NCBI GenBank assembly: GCA_963743915.1
Contig: CAVURN010000001.1
Location: forward strand, 384,001-448,000
Source of the DNA: an uncultured Actinomycetota bacterium
Lineage (GTDB): Bacteria; Actinomycetota; Actinomycetes; JAHEKZ01
Direction: 5' to 3'
Length of the DNA: 64,000 bases
The position numbers and the translations under genes are program-made. The notes beneath the pieces are model-generated. The model saw only the letters and a list, made by a program, of their open reading frames with translations. It did no database searches and had not been told where the DNA came from. Shown one piece after another: positions 11,753 to 21,869 of the stretch. The first letter of the stretch is position 1. Each line of letters opens with the position of its first letter.

Positions 11753-12418
11753 ATGAGGGTCGGGGTCCTCGGCACGGGGTCGGTGGGGGAGACGCTGGGA
11801 ACGGCGCTGGTCGCTCGCGGACACGAGGTGCGGATGGGCTCGCGCGCGACCCCGCACGAGCGGGCCGACGCCTGGGCGGCGTCCGCTGGGTCGTCGGCGA
11901 GCACCGGCACCTTTGCCGAAGCGGCGGCCTTCGGCGACCTGGTCCTGAACTGCACCTCCGGCGTCCACTCGCTCGATGCCCTGCGGGCTGCGGGCGCGGA
12001 GGCGTTGGCAGGAAAGGTCCTGGTCGACGTGGCCAACCCGCTCGACTTCTCCGGCGGCTTTCCCCCTCGACTCTCGGTGGGCGGTGACGACAGCCTCGCC
12101 GAGCAGATCCAGCGGGCGTTCCCCGAGACCCGGGTGGTCAAGGCGCTGAACACCGTCACCGCCTCGGTGATGGTGGACCCGTCCTCGCTGGCGGAGCCGA
12201 CCGACCTGTTCGTCGCCGGCGAGGACGTCGGGGCCAAGCGCGAGGTGATCACGTTGCTCGAGGAGCTGGGCTGGCGCCCGGAACGGGTCCGCGACCTCGG
12301 CGGGATCGCAGCGGCACGCGTGACCGAGGGCTACCTGATGCTCTGGCTGGCACTGATGGGCACGCTGGGATCGGCGGCGTTCAACGTCCGGGTCGTCACT
12401 GCCGATGGACAACCGTGA
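11753..12418 (+). CDS. NADPH-dependent F420 reductase-family oxidoreductase
   Basis: GVLGTGSVG Rossmann motif, DVANPLDFS, VVKALNTV. Confidence 0.8.
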   Translation: MRVGVLGTGSVGETLGTALVARGHEVRMGSRATPHERADAWAASAGSSASTGTFAEAAAFGDLVLNCTSGVHSLDALRAAGAEALAGKVLVDVANPLDFSGGFPPRLSVGGDDSLAEQIQRAFPETRVVKALNTVTASVMVDPSSLAEPTDLFVAGEDVGAKREVITLLEELGWRPERVRDLGGIAAARVTEGYLMLWLALMGTLGSAAFNVRVVTADGQP

Positions 12419-13308
12419 CCGAAGTGCCCACGGCAGCCCCCGGCTGGTACCCCGATCCGGCGTCGCCGACGCTGCAGCGGTACTGGAACGGTGCGGAGTG
12501 GACCGAGTCCACCGCCCCTCTCGTCATGCAGCCCTTCGCCCCGGTGACGGCACCGTCCCCTGAACCCGCCGAGACGCCCGGGGTGTATGCGCCTCCTCAG
12601 GGACGGTGGGGACTGGGAGACGTCGGGTGGCTCGTCCTCGTGGTCGTGGGCACCCTGCTGCTCGGTGTCGTGGCGGGCGTCGTGGCACTCGGCCTCGACT
12701 CCGACGTGTTCACCCCCGACGGCAACCTCGATCTGGGGATCGCGACAGGAGCCTGGCTCGCCGTGGTGTCCCAGGGCATCGTGATGGCGGGTCTCGCGGG
12801 ATGGCCCATGGTGGTGGCCGCCTGGAAAGGTCCCGGTTGGCGTCGCGCCTTCGGCTTCGTGGCCTCGGGTCGGGCGGTGTGGATGGGGATCGTCGGAGGC
12901 ATCGCCACGTTCCTCACCCTGGTCATCCTCACCGCGATCGCGTCCGTGGTCTTCGGCCAGACGATCGACTCGGCGGCGGCCGACCTGGTGGTCGACATGG
13001 AGTCGCAGACCGTGGCCTATGCGATCTTCCTGGTCTTCATCGCCTTCGGCGCACCGTTCGTCGAGGAGATGGCATTCCGCGGCCTGCTGTGGGGTGCCAT
13101 CGTCAAGCGCGGATGGTCCCCCTGGGTGGCGACCCTGGCCTCCGGTGTGGCGTTCGGCCTGTTCCACTTCGAGCCGCTCCGGCTGGTGCCGCTGATCGCT
13201 GCAGGCGTCGTGCTCGGGTTCGTCCGCCACAAGGCCGGTCTCGGCGCCGCGATGCTGGCCCACTGCGTCGTCAACTCGATCGGTGTGATCTCGCTGCTGG
13301 CGACTTGA
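12415..13308 (+). CDS. DUF2510 + CPBP (CAAX/Abi) intramembrane metalloprotease
   Basis: PGWYPDP..RYWNGAEWT N-terminus; EEMAFRG, FGLFH, HCVVN. Confidence 0.85.
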   Translation: MTEVPTAAPGWYPDPASPTLQRYWNGAEWTESTAPLVMQPFAPVTAPSPEPAETPGVYAPPQGRWGLGDVGWLVLVVVGTLLLGVVAGVVALGLDSDVFTPDGNLDLGIATGAWLAVVSQGIVMAGLAGWPMVVAAWKGPGWRRAFGFVASGRAVWMGIVGGIATFLTLVILTAIASVVFGQTIDSAAADLVVDMESQTVAYAIFLVFIAFGAPFVEEMAFRGLLWGAIVKRGWSPWVATLASGVAFGLFHFEPLRLVPLIAAGVVLGFVRHKAGLGAAMLAHCVVNSIGVISLLAT

Positions 13309-13312
13309 GCGG

Positions 13313-14170
13313 TCAGGAGGGCGAGGCGAAACCGCCACTCGGAGGGGACTCCTCGGGCCTCGGGGCCCAGTCCGTCTGGCGTGCCGTCGGGGCGGCCGGG
13401 GCACCGGAGAGTGCTGCGACGTCCGCCCGTCGTCTCCGTTCCGCCAGCACCGCGTTCAGGTAGCCCTCGGACGTCACGCCGGGGGGAGGTGGGGGGGACA
13501 CCCGCTGTTGCACCTCGGCGGACAGAGACGCCGCGAGCGTGCGGCGCGCATCCGCCCCGAGATCGGGCGCGCGCACGAGGAACTGTCGGACGGTCAGCGC
13601 GATCGCCTCGTCGAGCCGTCCGAGGTCGAGCGTGGCCGCCCACGGGGCGAGCTGCGGGTCGAGAGCCGGATGGAACGTGTTCCGGGCTGGCGCCCGTTCC
13701 CGGACCACGACCGTTCCTCCCAGGTAGTCACCGACCCTTTTGCCCTCCGGGGAGATCAGGCTCACCAGCACCGCGATCGCCCCGAACGTCAGGTAGATCT
13801 CGACGACTGCGACGAGCCCCCGGGCCAGGGCGTGGCGGAACCGAATGGCGCCTCCGTCGTCCCGTGTCGCCCGGAGGCCGAGGGCGAGCTTGCCCACGGT
13901 CCGGCCGCGGGTGAGCGTCTCCATCCCCACCGGGTAGCCGACCAGGATCGCGATCCCCGCGACGAAGAAGAAGACCACCATCAGGGTGTCGTCCACGCTG
14001 CCGCCGAGTGCGCCGACCAGGAAGATCAGCCCGAACAGGGCGGCCAGCTGCAGCGAGGCGTCGATCATGAAGGCGGCCGACCGGCTCGGCATCTTCGCCA
14101 AGCGGAGGTCGACGACGACTGCCTCGCCCGTGACCAGTCCGCTGGCGGCTCCCGGTGGCTGCTGCGCCAT
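13313..14170 (-). CDS. RDD family protein
   Basis: LVTGEAVVVDLR, SRSAAFMID, GRTVGKLALGLR, KRVGDYLGGT. Confidence 0.88.
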   Translation of the reverse strand: MAQQPPGAASGLVTGEAVVVDLRLAKMPSRSAAFMIDASLQLAALFGLIFLVGALGGSVDDTLMVVFFFVAGIAILVGYPVGMETLTRGRTVGKLALGLRATRDDGGAIRFRHALARGLVAVVEIYLTFGAIAVLVSLISPEGKRVGDYLGGTVVVRERAPARNTFHPALDPQLAPWAATLDLGRLDEAIALTVRQFLVRAPDLGADARRTLAASLSAEVQQRVSPPPPPGVTSEGYLNAVLAERRRRADVAALSGAPAAPTARQTDWAPRPEESPPSGGFASPS

Positions 14171-14226
14171 CGTTCCCCTTCGGTGACGGCTCGTGATCGT
14201 GCGCGCCCGGCTAGTCTGCCGCATCA

Positions 14227-15225
14227 ATGGACCTCGACCGCTTCGTCGCAACCCACCGGGCCGACTGGGACCGGCTCAGGGTCCTGACGTCCCGCTCGCG
14301 GCTGACGGGCGAGGAGGTCGACGAGTTCGTCGACCTGTACACGGCGGCCTCGACCCAGCTGTCGGTCGTGCAGGCGGAGGCGCCCGATCCGACGGTCGTG
14401 GCACAGCTGTCGACGCTGGTGGCACGTGCCCGGGGCAAGGCCACCGGCACCCGTCGGTTCAGCACGCGTGACGTCTCGCACTACTTCCTCGTCACGTTCC
14501 CCCTCGTCGTCTACCGGGCGCGCTGGTGGGTGCTGGGCGTTGCCCTCGCCTTTCTGGCGGTCGCCACCTCGATCGGTGCCTGGGTGGCGTCCGACACCGG
14601 GGTGCAGAACGCGCTCGCCGCTCCGGCCGACGTGCAGCAGCTGGTGCAGCAGGACTTCGAGGACTACTACTCCTCGGCCCCGGCGGGGTCGTTCGCCGCA
14701 CGGGTGTGGACCAACAACGCATGGGTCGCCGCGCTGTCACTCGCCTTCGGAGGCCTGCTCGGCCTGCCGGTGCTGTGGGTGCTGTGGCAGAACGCCGCCA
14801 ACGTAGGGGTCACCGGCGGTTTCATGGTGGCGGGTGGCCGCGCCGACCTGTTCTTCGGCCTGATCCTGCCGCACGGCCTGCTCGAGCTGACGGCGGTGTT
14901 CGTCGCGGGAGCCCTCGGCCTGCGGTTGGGGTGGACCCTTGTGGCGCCGGGCCCACGGACCCGCAGCGCGGCCTTTGCCGAGGAGGGTCGCTCCACCTTG
15001 GCCGCCGTCGTCGGGCTGACCGTGGTGCTGCTGGTGTCCGGGGTGGTCGAGGCCTTCGTCACACCGTCCGGGCTGCCCACGTGGGCTCGGATCGGCGTCG
15101 GAGCCCTGGTGCTGGTCGGCTTCCTGGCGTACGTCGGCGTGCTGGGGCGCCGCGCGGAACGGGCCGGCCTCGAAGCCGACCTGGACGAGATCGATCGCGG
15201 AGCCGACCTCCCCACCTCGGCCTGA
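14227..15225 (+). CDS. Stage II sporulation protein M family membrane protein
   Basis: MDLDRFVA..WDRL, VWTNNAWV, LILPHGLLELTA, EAFVTPS. Confidence 0.88.
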   Translation: MDLDRFVATHRADWDRLRVLTSRSRLTGEEVDEFVDLYTAASTQLSVVQAEAPDPTVVAQLSTLVARARGKATGTRRFSTRDVSHYFLVTFPLVVYRARWWVLGVALAFLAVATSIGAWVASDTGVQNALAAPADVQQLVQQDFEDYYSSAPAGSFAARVWTNNAWVAALSLAFGGLLGLPVLWVLWQNAANVGVTGGFMVAGGRADLFFGLILPHGLLELTAVFVAGALGLRLGWTLVAPGPRTRSAAFAEEGRSTLAAVVGLTVVLLVSGVVEAFVTPSGLPTWARIGVGALVLVGFLAYVGVLGRRAERAGLEADLDEIDRGADLPTSA

Positions 15226-15262
15226 CCGCCCGCGGGTGACAGCCGACCGCTCGCCCGGGGTG

Positions 15263-16864
15263 TCAGCGGGCCAGCATGCGCAGCGACGCGCGCGTCGCCG
15301 CGTCCGTGCCCTCGGGCACCGAGCCCCCTTCGACAGCGGGGAGCAACGCGCTGGCGAGCTCCTTGCCGCGTTCGACTCCCCACTGGTCGAAGGGGTCGAT
15401 GCCCCATGCGAACCCGGCGACCGCCGTGGCGTGCTCGTAGAGGGCGATGAGCGCACCCACGCTGTGCGGCGTGAGGTCAGGAAGCCAGATCAGGGTGCTC
15501 GGCCGGTTGCCCGGCATCGCCTTGTGCGGCACGAGCGCGGGGTCGACGCCGGCGCGTCGCAGGTCGTCTGCGGGGCGTCCGAGCGCGAGCGCGGCCGCCT
15601 GTGCGAGCAAGTTGGCCTGGAGCAGGTTGCCGCGCTCGTCGCCCCCGACCGAGCGGACGCCGATGAGATCGACCGGGACCAGGTGCGTCCCCTGGTGCAG
15701 CAGCTGGAAGAACGCATGCTGCCCGTTGGTGCCTGGGGCCCCCCAGACCACTGGCGAGGTGGACCAGTCGAGCTGCTGACCGGACGCAGTGACCGACTTG
15801 CCGTTGCTCTCCATCTGCAGCTGCTGCAGGTGAGCGGGGAGCAGCGCAAGGTCCTGCGCGTAGGGGACGACCGCCTTCGACGCCGCCCCGAACAGCTCCG
15901 AGTACCAGGCGTCGAGCATGCCGAGCAGCACGACGGGGTTGCGCGAGGTGGGGGAGCTGGTCAGCGTGACGTCGACAGCGTGCATGCCGTCACGCAGGGC
16001 CTGCATGCCCGCGCGTCCGAGCGCGAGCTCGATGCCGATGCCGACCGGCGAGGACAGCGAGTAGCGACCACCCACCCAGTCCCAGAAGCCGAACAGGGCA
16101 TCGGGGGAGACACCGAAGGCGGTGGCCTGGTCGACCGCAGTGGTGACGGCGCACAGGTGGTGCGCGAGGTCGTCCTCGGACATCGCGCTCAGCAGCCAGG
16201 AACGTGCAGCGCGCGCGTTGGCCAGCGTCTCGACCGTGGTGAACGTCTTGGAGATGACGACGACGAGGGTCGTGGCAGGGGAGAGGGACGGGAGAACCGC
16301 GTCGAGCTCGGCCGGGTCGACGTTGGCGACGAAGTGCACCCGGACGTCGCCGGTGTGGTGGACACGTGTAGCGGCTGCGACCATGCGAGGGCCCAGATCG
16401 GAACCGCCGATCCCGATGACGACCGCGTCGGTGATGCGCTCACCCGTGGCACCTCGATGCCGGCCGCTGAGCACGGCGTCCACGAAGTCGCTGACTCTGC
16501 CCTGGGTGGCGAGGACCTCGGGCATGACGTCGACACCGTCGACGAGAACCGGTTCGCCACCAGGTGTGCGCAGTGCGGTGTGCAGTGCCGGACGATGTTC
16601 GGTGACGTTGACGACCCGACCGCCCACCATGGCGGCCAGCTGCTCGGGCACGCGCAGCTCGTCGGCGAGCCGACCGAGCAGGTCCAGTGTCTGGGTGTCT
16701 CCGCGCATCCGCGAGAAGTCGACGGTCAGCGGACCGACCGGCAGCGTCATCGCGCGGACACGCTCCTCGTCGTCGAGGAGGTCGCGCAGGTGGCGAGCCG
16801 CGATGGCGGCGTGGTGCGACCGCAGAGCTGTGCCCGCGGCTGTGTCGAAGGGGGCGGTGACCAC
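15263..16864 (-). CDS. pgi: Glucose-6-phosphate isomerase
   Basis: GIGGSDLGP, SKTFTTVET, WVGGRYS, QQLQMESNGK, GQHAFFQ, FDQWGVERGK. Confidence 0.95.
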   Translation of the reverse strand: MVTAPFDTAAGTALRSHHAAIAARHLRDLLDDEERVRAMTLPVGPLTVDFSRMRGDTQTLDLLGRLADELRVPEQLAAMVGGRVVNVTEHRPALHTALRTPGGEPVLVDGVDVMPEVLATQGRVSDFVDAVLSGRHRGATGERITDAVVIGIGGSDLGPRMVAAATRVHHTGDVRVHFVANVDPAELDAVLPSLSPATTLVVVISKTFTTVETLANARAARSWLLSAMSEDDLAHHLCAVTTAVDQATAFGVSPDALFGFWDWVGGRYSLSSPVGIGIELALGRAGMQALRDGMHAVDVTLTSSPTSRNPVVLLGMLDAWYSELFGAASKAVVPYAQDLALLPAHLQQLQMESNGKSVTASGQQLDWSTSPVVWGAPGTNGQHAFFQLLHQGTHLVPVDLIGVRSVGGDERGNLLQANLLAQAAALALGRPADDLRRAGVDPALVPHKAMPGNRPSTLIWLPDLTPHSVGALIALYEHATAVAGFAWGIDPFDQWGVERGKELASALLPAVEGGSVPEGTDAATRASLRMLAR

Positions 16865-16884
16865 GCCGCGACCCTACCGGCGCC

Positions 16885-17917
16885 CTACGGCGCGAGCCGG
16901 TACACGTACCGGTGGTGGGTCGTGAAGCCGAGCTGGTGGTACAGCGCGCGGGCCGCCGCGTTGTCCTCCGCCACCTGCAGGTACACGTGGCGGACGTCGT
17001 GCCGTGCGGCGTAGTCGGCGAGCGCGGCGATCACCCGGCGTCCGAGCCCCTGGCGCCGCCACGCCTCAGTGACCTCGACCGCGGTGATGCCGAGCCACCC
17101 CGGCGTGATCGCCCCGCGCGAGATGGCGAGGGGAGTGCCGTCGTCGTCCCGGAGGGCGACGAAGACCGGGTGGTCGGCGCGCGTCATGATGCCCACGGCC
17201 GCCGTGGGCAAGGGCTGGTCGCCGTAGCGGAACGCCGCGAGCCAGGCCGGGTCGGGAACGCGCTCGACGGTCACGGTGACGCCACTGGTGCCTCCCCGTG
17301 GGCGAGGCCTGGCGGAGGGCAGCGAGGTCGACGACCTGGACCAGCACGGGTGGGCCGGCGACCCATCCGAGGCGCCCGAGCTCGGCGTCGAGCCCGGCCA
17401 GGAGTGGCAGCGCCACCTGGATCTTCGGTGGCAGCTGTCGCTCCCGATACCACTGGCTCACGTCGTGCAACGCCTCCGCGAGCGGTCGCCCGGGGTCACC
17501 GAGCGGCAGGACGCTGTTGGCGCGCCCGCTGTAGCCGGCGGCTGCGCGGAGCACCCACTCACCGACCGTTGCCCGCTCCAGCGGCTGCCATCCCTGGGCG
17601 GCGATCCGTTCGAGCTCGTCGACACCGATGGCGGACGCCGAGCGGAGCCGAGCAGGCGTGTCCGGGAGCACCTTCGCGGCGACGACGAGGGTCGGGTCGA
17701 CCTCGACCAGGTCGCCCCGTCGGGTGCGGATGTGCCAGGCGCGGTCCGAGGCGTCCGCCACACTCTCGAGGACTCCCACCACATCGTGGAACGCGGGACC
17801 ACCGGACGGACCTGCGCCACCGGACAGCCGGCGAACGGTCACGCGGCGACCCACGGCTGAGCCGGGCCACGCGGCGTCCGGCCAGGGAGGAAGGTCACCA
17901 CGAGAGCCGGTGGACAC
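16885..17917 (-). CDS. GNAT family N-acetyltransferase; apparent +1 frameshift in the C-run at 17294-17297
   Basis: N-half WVLRAAAGYSGRANSV, C-half WRRQGLG..YLQV..NAAARALY..GF; the halves join if one base of the homopolymer is removed. Confidence 0.8.
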
Positions 17918-18006
17918 GGCGGACCCCCTTGGCGGCGTGAGCGGTGGTGGTCGTGAATACTAGGCACGGCGCAGCGCGAGAAGGAGTGCCGCCCGAGGAG
18001 GAGATC

Positions 18007-18333
18007 GTGACCTACGTCATCGCCCAGCCCTGTGTCGACGTGCTCGACAAGGCGTGCGTGGACGAGTGCCCCGTCGACTGCATCTACGAGGGCGAGCGGA
18101 TGCTCTACATCCACCCCGACGAGTGCGTCGACTGCGGAGCCTGCGAGCCGGTCTGCCCGGTCGAGGCGATCTTCTACGAGGACGACACCCCCGACCAGTG
18201 GAAGGACTTCTACAAGGCGAACGTCGAGTTCTTCGACGACCTCGGTTCGCCGGGCGGAGCTGCCAAGCTCGGCAAGATCGAGAAGGACCACCCCATCGTG
18301 GCCGCGCTTCCGCCCCAGGCAGTCGAGAGCTGA
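18007..18333 (+). CDS. fdxA: 7Fe ferredoxin
   Basis: TYVIAQPCVDVLDKACVDECPVDCIYEG..CVDCGACEPVCPVEAI. Confidence 0.95.
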   Translation: MTYVIAQPCVDVLDKACVDECPVDCIYEGERMLYIHPDECVDCGACEPVCPVEAIFYEDDTPDQWKDFYKANVEFFDDLGSPGGAAKLGKIEKDHPIVAALPPQAVES

Positions 18334-19433
18334 GCCTCTCCCCGCTCGCCGCCCGGTTCCCCGAGTTCCCGTGGGACCGGCTCGCGGACGCAAAGGCACG
18401 TGCCGCGTCCCACCCGGACGGGATCGTCGACCTGTCCGTGGGTACGCCCGTCGACCCCGTCCCCGGCGTGGTGCAGCAGGCGCTGGTCGACGCCGCGGAC
18501 GCACCGGGTTACCCGACCGTCCATGGCACCGAGACGGTGCGCGCGGCGGCCGTCCGCTGGATGGAGCGTCGGCTCGGGGTGACCGGCGTGAGCGACGACG
18601 CGGTGCTCCCGGTGATCGGCACCAAGGAGCTCGTCGCGTCGCTGCCGATGCTGCTGGGGCTCGGACCGCGCAGCCGCGTGCAGGTGCCTGAGCTGGCATA
18701 TCCCACGTACGACATCGGGGCGCGGGTCGTGGGCGCGGAGGTGCTGGCCTCGGACGCCACGACCGCCGTCGGACCGGGCCGCGTCGACCTGGTGTGGGTG
18801 AACTCCCCGAGCAACCCCACAGGACGCGTGCTGCCGGTCGAGCACCTGCGCAAGATGGTCACGTGGGCTCGCGAGCGCGGATCGGTGCTCGTCTCCGACG
18901 AGTGCTACGTCGAGCTCGGCTGGGACGCGCAGCCGGTGTCGGTCCTGCATCCGGACGTTTGCGGCGACTCGCACGACCGCATCCTGGCGCTGCACTCATT
19001 GTCGAAGCGGTCGAACCTGGCCGGCTACCGCGCCGGGTTCGCGGCCGGTGACCCTGCGTTGGTGCGCGACCTGCTCGAGGCCCGCAAGCACCTCGGACTC
19101 ATGATGCCGACACCGGTGCAGGCGGCGATGGCTGCTGGGCTCGACGACGACGCGCACGTCGTCCAGCAGCGGGGGCGTTACTCCGTGCGCCGTCAGCTGC
19201 TGCTCGCGGCGCTCCGCGAGGCCGGGTTCACCATCGACCACTCGGAAGCAGGGTTGTACCTGTGGGTGACGCGCGACGAGCCCTGCATGGACACGCTCAG
19301 CTGGTTCGCCGAGCGGGGGATCCTGGTGGCCCCTGGTGACTTCTACGGCACTCGCGGCGCGAGGCACGTGCGGGTGGCGCTCACGGCGTCCGACGAACGG
19401 GTCGAGGCGGGCGCGCGACGGATCGCGGCCTAG
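18330..19433 (+). CDS. dapC: Succinyldiaminopimelate transaminase (start uncertain, possibly CTG)
   Basis: FPWD, DLSVGTPVDP, NSPSNPTG, SDECY, SLSKRSNLAGYR; follows fdxA. Confidence 0.9.
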   Translation: MSLSPLAARFPEFPWDRLADAKARAASHPDGIVDLSVGTPVDPVPGVVQQALVDAADAPGYPTVHGTETVRAAAVRWMERRLGVTGVSDDAVLPVIGTKELVASLPMLLGLGPRSRVQVPELAYPTYDIGARVVGAEVLASDATTAVGPGRVDLVWVNSPSNPTGRVLPVEHLRKMVTWARERGSVLVSDECYVELGWDAQPVSVLHPDVCGDSHDRILALHSLSKRSNLAGYRAGFAAGDPALVRDLLEARKHLGLMMPTPVQAAMAAGLDDDAHVVQQRGRYSVRRQLLLAALREAGFTIDHSEAGLYLWVTRDEPCMDTLSWFAERGILVAPGDFYGTRGARHVRVALTASDERVEAGARRIAA

Positions 19434-19439
19434 CAGGTC

Positions 19440-19616
19440 TCAGCGCGAGGCGTCCGCGCCGGGCTTCTTGGCCTGCTCGGCTCGTCGTCGTGCGACCTTC
19501 GCCTCGAGCTTGGCGGTGCGCTTGGCGTCCCGCTTGGCGCTGCGCTTGTCCCACCACTGCAGGAAGGGTCCGATGAGAAACGTGTCCTCGGCCCCACCAC
19601 CACCACCGAAGGACAT
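19440..19616 (-). CDS. Small basic hypothetical protein (58 aa)
   Basis: MSFGGGGGAEDTFLIGPFLQWWDKRSAKRDAK...; GAGGTG RBS upstream of the ATG; codon usage typical of the window. Confidence 0.5.
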   Translation of the reverse strand: MSFGGGGGAEDTFLIGPFLQWWDKRSAKRDAKRTAKLEAKVARRRAEQAKKPGADASR

Positions 19617-19764
19617 CGGCGATCCACCTCTCGCTCGACGTGCAGTGTTCTCAGGGTCGCACGCCGGCTGTGGTGCTGACCAGTGGATGGACCCGTCGCG
19701 GGAAGTGTCGTCATGGCGCCACTTCCTGCGACAGCTCGACAGCGCGGGGTCGGCGAGGGGCGGT

Positions 19765-20739
19765 TCAGGTGACCTCGACGTGGATGTGGTCGAGGTGTCG
19801 TTGCACCGGGTCCTTCTGGTCGCCGAAGGGCGAGACGTAGTCGCGCCAACCTTCGGGCGATCGGCGGGCCGACCAGATCTGGTCGCGGTAGATGATGACG
19901 CCGACGTCGAGCTGGTCGGCGTTGGCGACGAGCCAGTGGGCCAGGGCCCATCCGTGGCGCCGGTTGTCGGCGTCCTGGTAGGGCCGGAAGAACACGTCGA
20001 TCGCCCGTCCCTCTTCGTGCGTGGACGGATTGGGGCGCGTAACGCCTCCGGGAGCGAAGCCGCCGAGGCTCTGCGGCCCGTACGCACTCTCGATGGCGGT
20101 GCGCAGCCGCTGGGCACGCGGGGTGAGGCCGGTCGGCCCGAGCTTCTGCACCTTCTCGGCCTCGGCGCGCACGGTGCAGGTGAGGGAGGCACCGGCGCGT
20201 CCGGTCAGCGCCGCGGAGATGGCCTTGGCCTCGTCGGCGTGCTGCTGGTAGGCGTCGGGATAAGCACTGCGCTGCACGGCCTGCGCGGCGACCGTCACCG
20301 GGAGGCGCTGCCAGCGGTCCACGGCGACAAGCGCGGCGAAGAACCGGTCCGCGGCGTACGTGGGGTCGGTGACCTCCTCGAACGAGCCCCAACCCTGGGA
20401 GGGCCGCTGCTGGAAGAGTCCTGCGCTGTCGTGGTCGCCGTGCGAGATGTTGTACAGCTCGGACTCCTGCATCGCGGTGGCGAGCCCGACGGTCACTGCG
20501 CGTGCTGGCAGGTTGCGTCGATGCGCGACGGCCGCGATCGTCGCGGCGTTCGCGGCCTGTTCGTGGTCGAGTCCGACCTCGCCGTCGGGCCCGGTGACGA
20601 CGCACGTCTCACGGCCCACCAGCGACCCGATCCCGCCCTGCCACCAGACCACCAGACCGGCGACGAGTGCCAGGGGAAGGGCCAACGCCAGGAGCGCGAC
20701 CAGCAGGCCGCGCGAGCGTCGGGGGGCGGGGGAGGACAT
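19765..20739 (-). CDS. Secreted cell-wall-hydrolase-like protein (TAMQES lysozyme-like domain + H-x6-D/HxH Zn-peptidase-like domain)
   Basis: TM anchor, LATAMQES, GLFQQRPSQGWG, VQRSAYP; HEEGRAID and HLDHIHV. Confidence 0.7.
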   Translation of the reverse strand: MSSPAPRRSRGLLVALLALALPLALVAGLVVWWQGGIGSLVGRETCVVTGPDGEVGLDHEQAANAATIAAVAHRRNLPARAVTVGLATAMQESELYNISHGDHDSAGLFQQRPSQGWGSFEEVTDPTYAADRFFAALVAVDRWQRLPVTVAAQAVQRSAYPDAYQQHADEAKAISAALTGRAGASLTCTVRAEAEKVQKLGPTGLTPRAQRLRTAIESAYGPQSLGGFAPGGVTRPNPSTHEEGRAIDVFFRPYQDADNRRHGWALAHWLVANADQLDVGVIIYRDQIWSARRSPEGWRDYVSPFGDQKDPVQRHLDHIHVEVT

Positions 20740-20832
20740 GGTCCCCCCAGTGTGCGACATGACGAAGGGTGCTCACGAACCCGCGCAGCCGGACGCGCCG
20801 CGCTTCCGCTCCTCGTGTGGCGGATCTCACCC

Positions 20833-21852
20833 TCAGTCGTTGACGTGCAGGTCCTCGTTCAGGCCGCCCCAGGACCCGCTCCTCGTGACCGCCTCGACGG
20901 CGCCGGTGACCGAGTTGCGGCGGAACAGCAGACCGCTCTGCCCGGACAGGTCACGCGCCTTGGCCACGCCACCGTCCGGGGTGGCGACCTTGGTGCCAGC
21001 CGTGACGTAGAGCCCGGCCTCGACGATGCAGTCGTCGCCCAGCGAGATTCCGACACCGGCGTTCGCGCCGATCAGGCAGCGCTCCCCGATCCGGATGACT
21101 TCCTGACCGCCGCCGGACAGCGTCCCCATGATCGACGCGCCACCTCCGACGTCCGAGCCGTCCCCGACGACTACGCCGGAGCTGATGCGGCCCTCGACCA
21201 TGGAGGCGCCGAGGGTGCCGGCGTTGAAGTTGACGAAGCCCTCGTGCATGACGGTGGTGCCGTCGGCGAGGTGCGCGCCGAGCCGCACGCGGTCGGCGTC
21301 AGCGATGCGGACGCCGGTGGGCGTCACGTAGTCGACCATGCGGGGGAACTTGTCGACGCCGTGAATGGTCACCGGTCCTTCCTCCATCAGGCGCAACCGG
21401 GTGACCTCGAAGCCTTCGACAGGGCAGGGGCCGTAGTTGGTCCAGACGACGTTCGACAGCAGCCCGAAGACACCGTCGAGGTTGACCGTGCGCGGTTGCA
21501 CGAGGCGAGCGGACAGCAGATGGAGGCGCAGGTAGGCGTCGTAGGCGTCGGCCGGTGGGACGTCGAGGTCGGCGACGTGGAGCGCGATGAACCTTGTCTG
21601 CACTCCGCGTCGCAGGTCGTGGCCGATGAGGTGGGTGATGACGGCACCGACCAGCTCATGGGCCTCGTCGACCGGCACGGTCACGATCCCCGGACCGGTG
21701 GCGCCGACACGACGCTGCACGGATGCGTCCCAGCCGAGGCCGAGACGGGGGTAGCGCACATCGAGCACGCGGCCGTCGGCTTCGGAGACGGTCGCGATCC
21801 CGATGCCGTAGGCCGCGCGAGTGGGTGAGTCTTCACCTGAGGAGGTCGTCAC
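20833..21852 (-). CDS. dapD: Tetrahydrodipicolinate N-succinyltransferase (actinobacterial type)
   Basis: [44 protein letters not shown]. Confidence 0.95.
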   Translation of the reverse strand: MTTSSGEDSPTRAAYGIGIATVSEADGRVLDVRYPRLGLGWDASVQRRVGATGPGIVTVPVDEAHELVGAVITHLIGHDLRRGVQTRFIALHVADLDVPPADAYDAYLRLHLLSARLVQPRTVNLDGVFGLLSNVVWTNYGPCPVEGFEVTRLRLMEEGPVTIHGVDKFPRMVDYVTPTGVRIADADRVRLGAHLADGTTVMHEGFVNFNAGTLGASMVEGRISSGVVVGDGSDVGGGASIMGTLSGGGQEVIRIGERCLIGANAGVGISLGDDCIVEAGLYVTAGTKVATPDGGVAKARDLSGQSGLLFRRNSVTGAVEAVTRSGSWGGLNEDLHVND

Positions 21853-21869
21853 GTGGCTACGGTACCGAG

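Noticed and set aside
17290-17300. Homopolymer frameshift in the GNAT gene as phase variation
   Set aside because: The run is only 4 nt and matches the other single-base insertion errors in the window.
19336-21828. Long ORFs antisense to real genes (for example 830 aa at 19336, 697 aa at 31547, 793 aa at 32955, 633 aa at 62024)
   Set aside because: Shadow ORFs expected in high-GC DNA; they lie opposite well-recognised genes and carry no family motifs.
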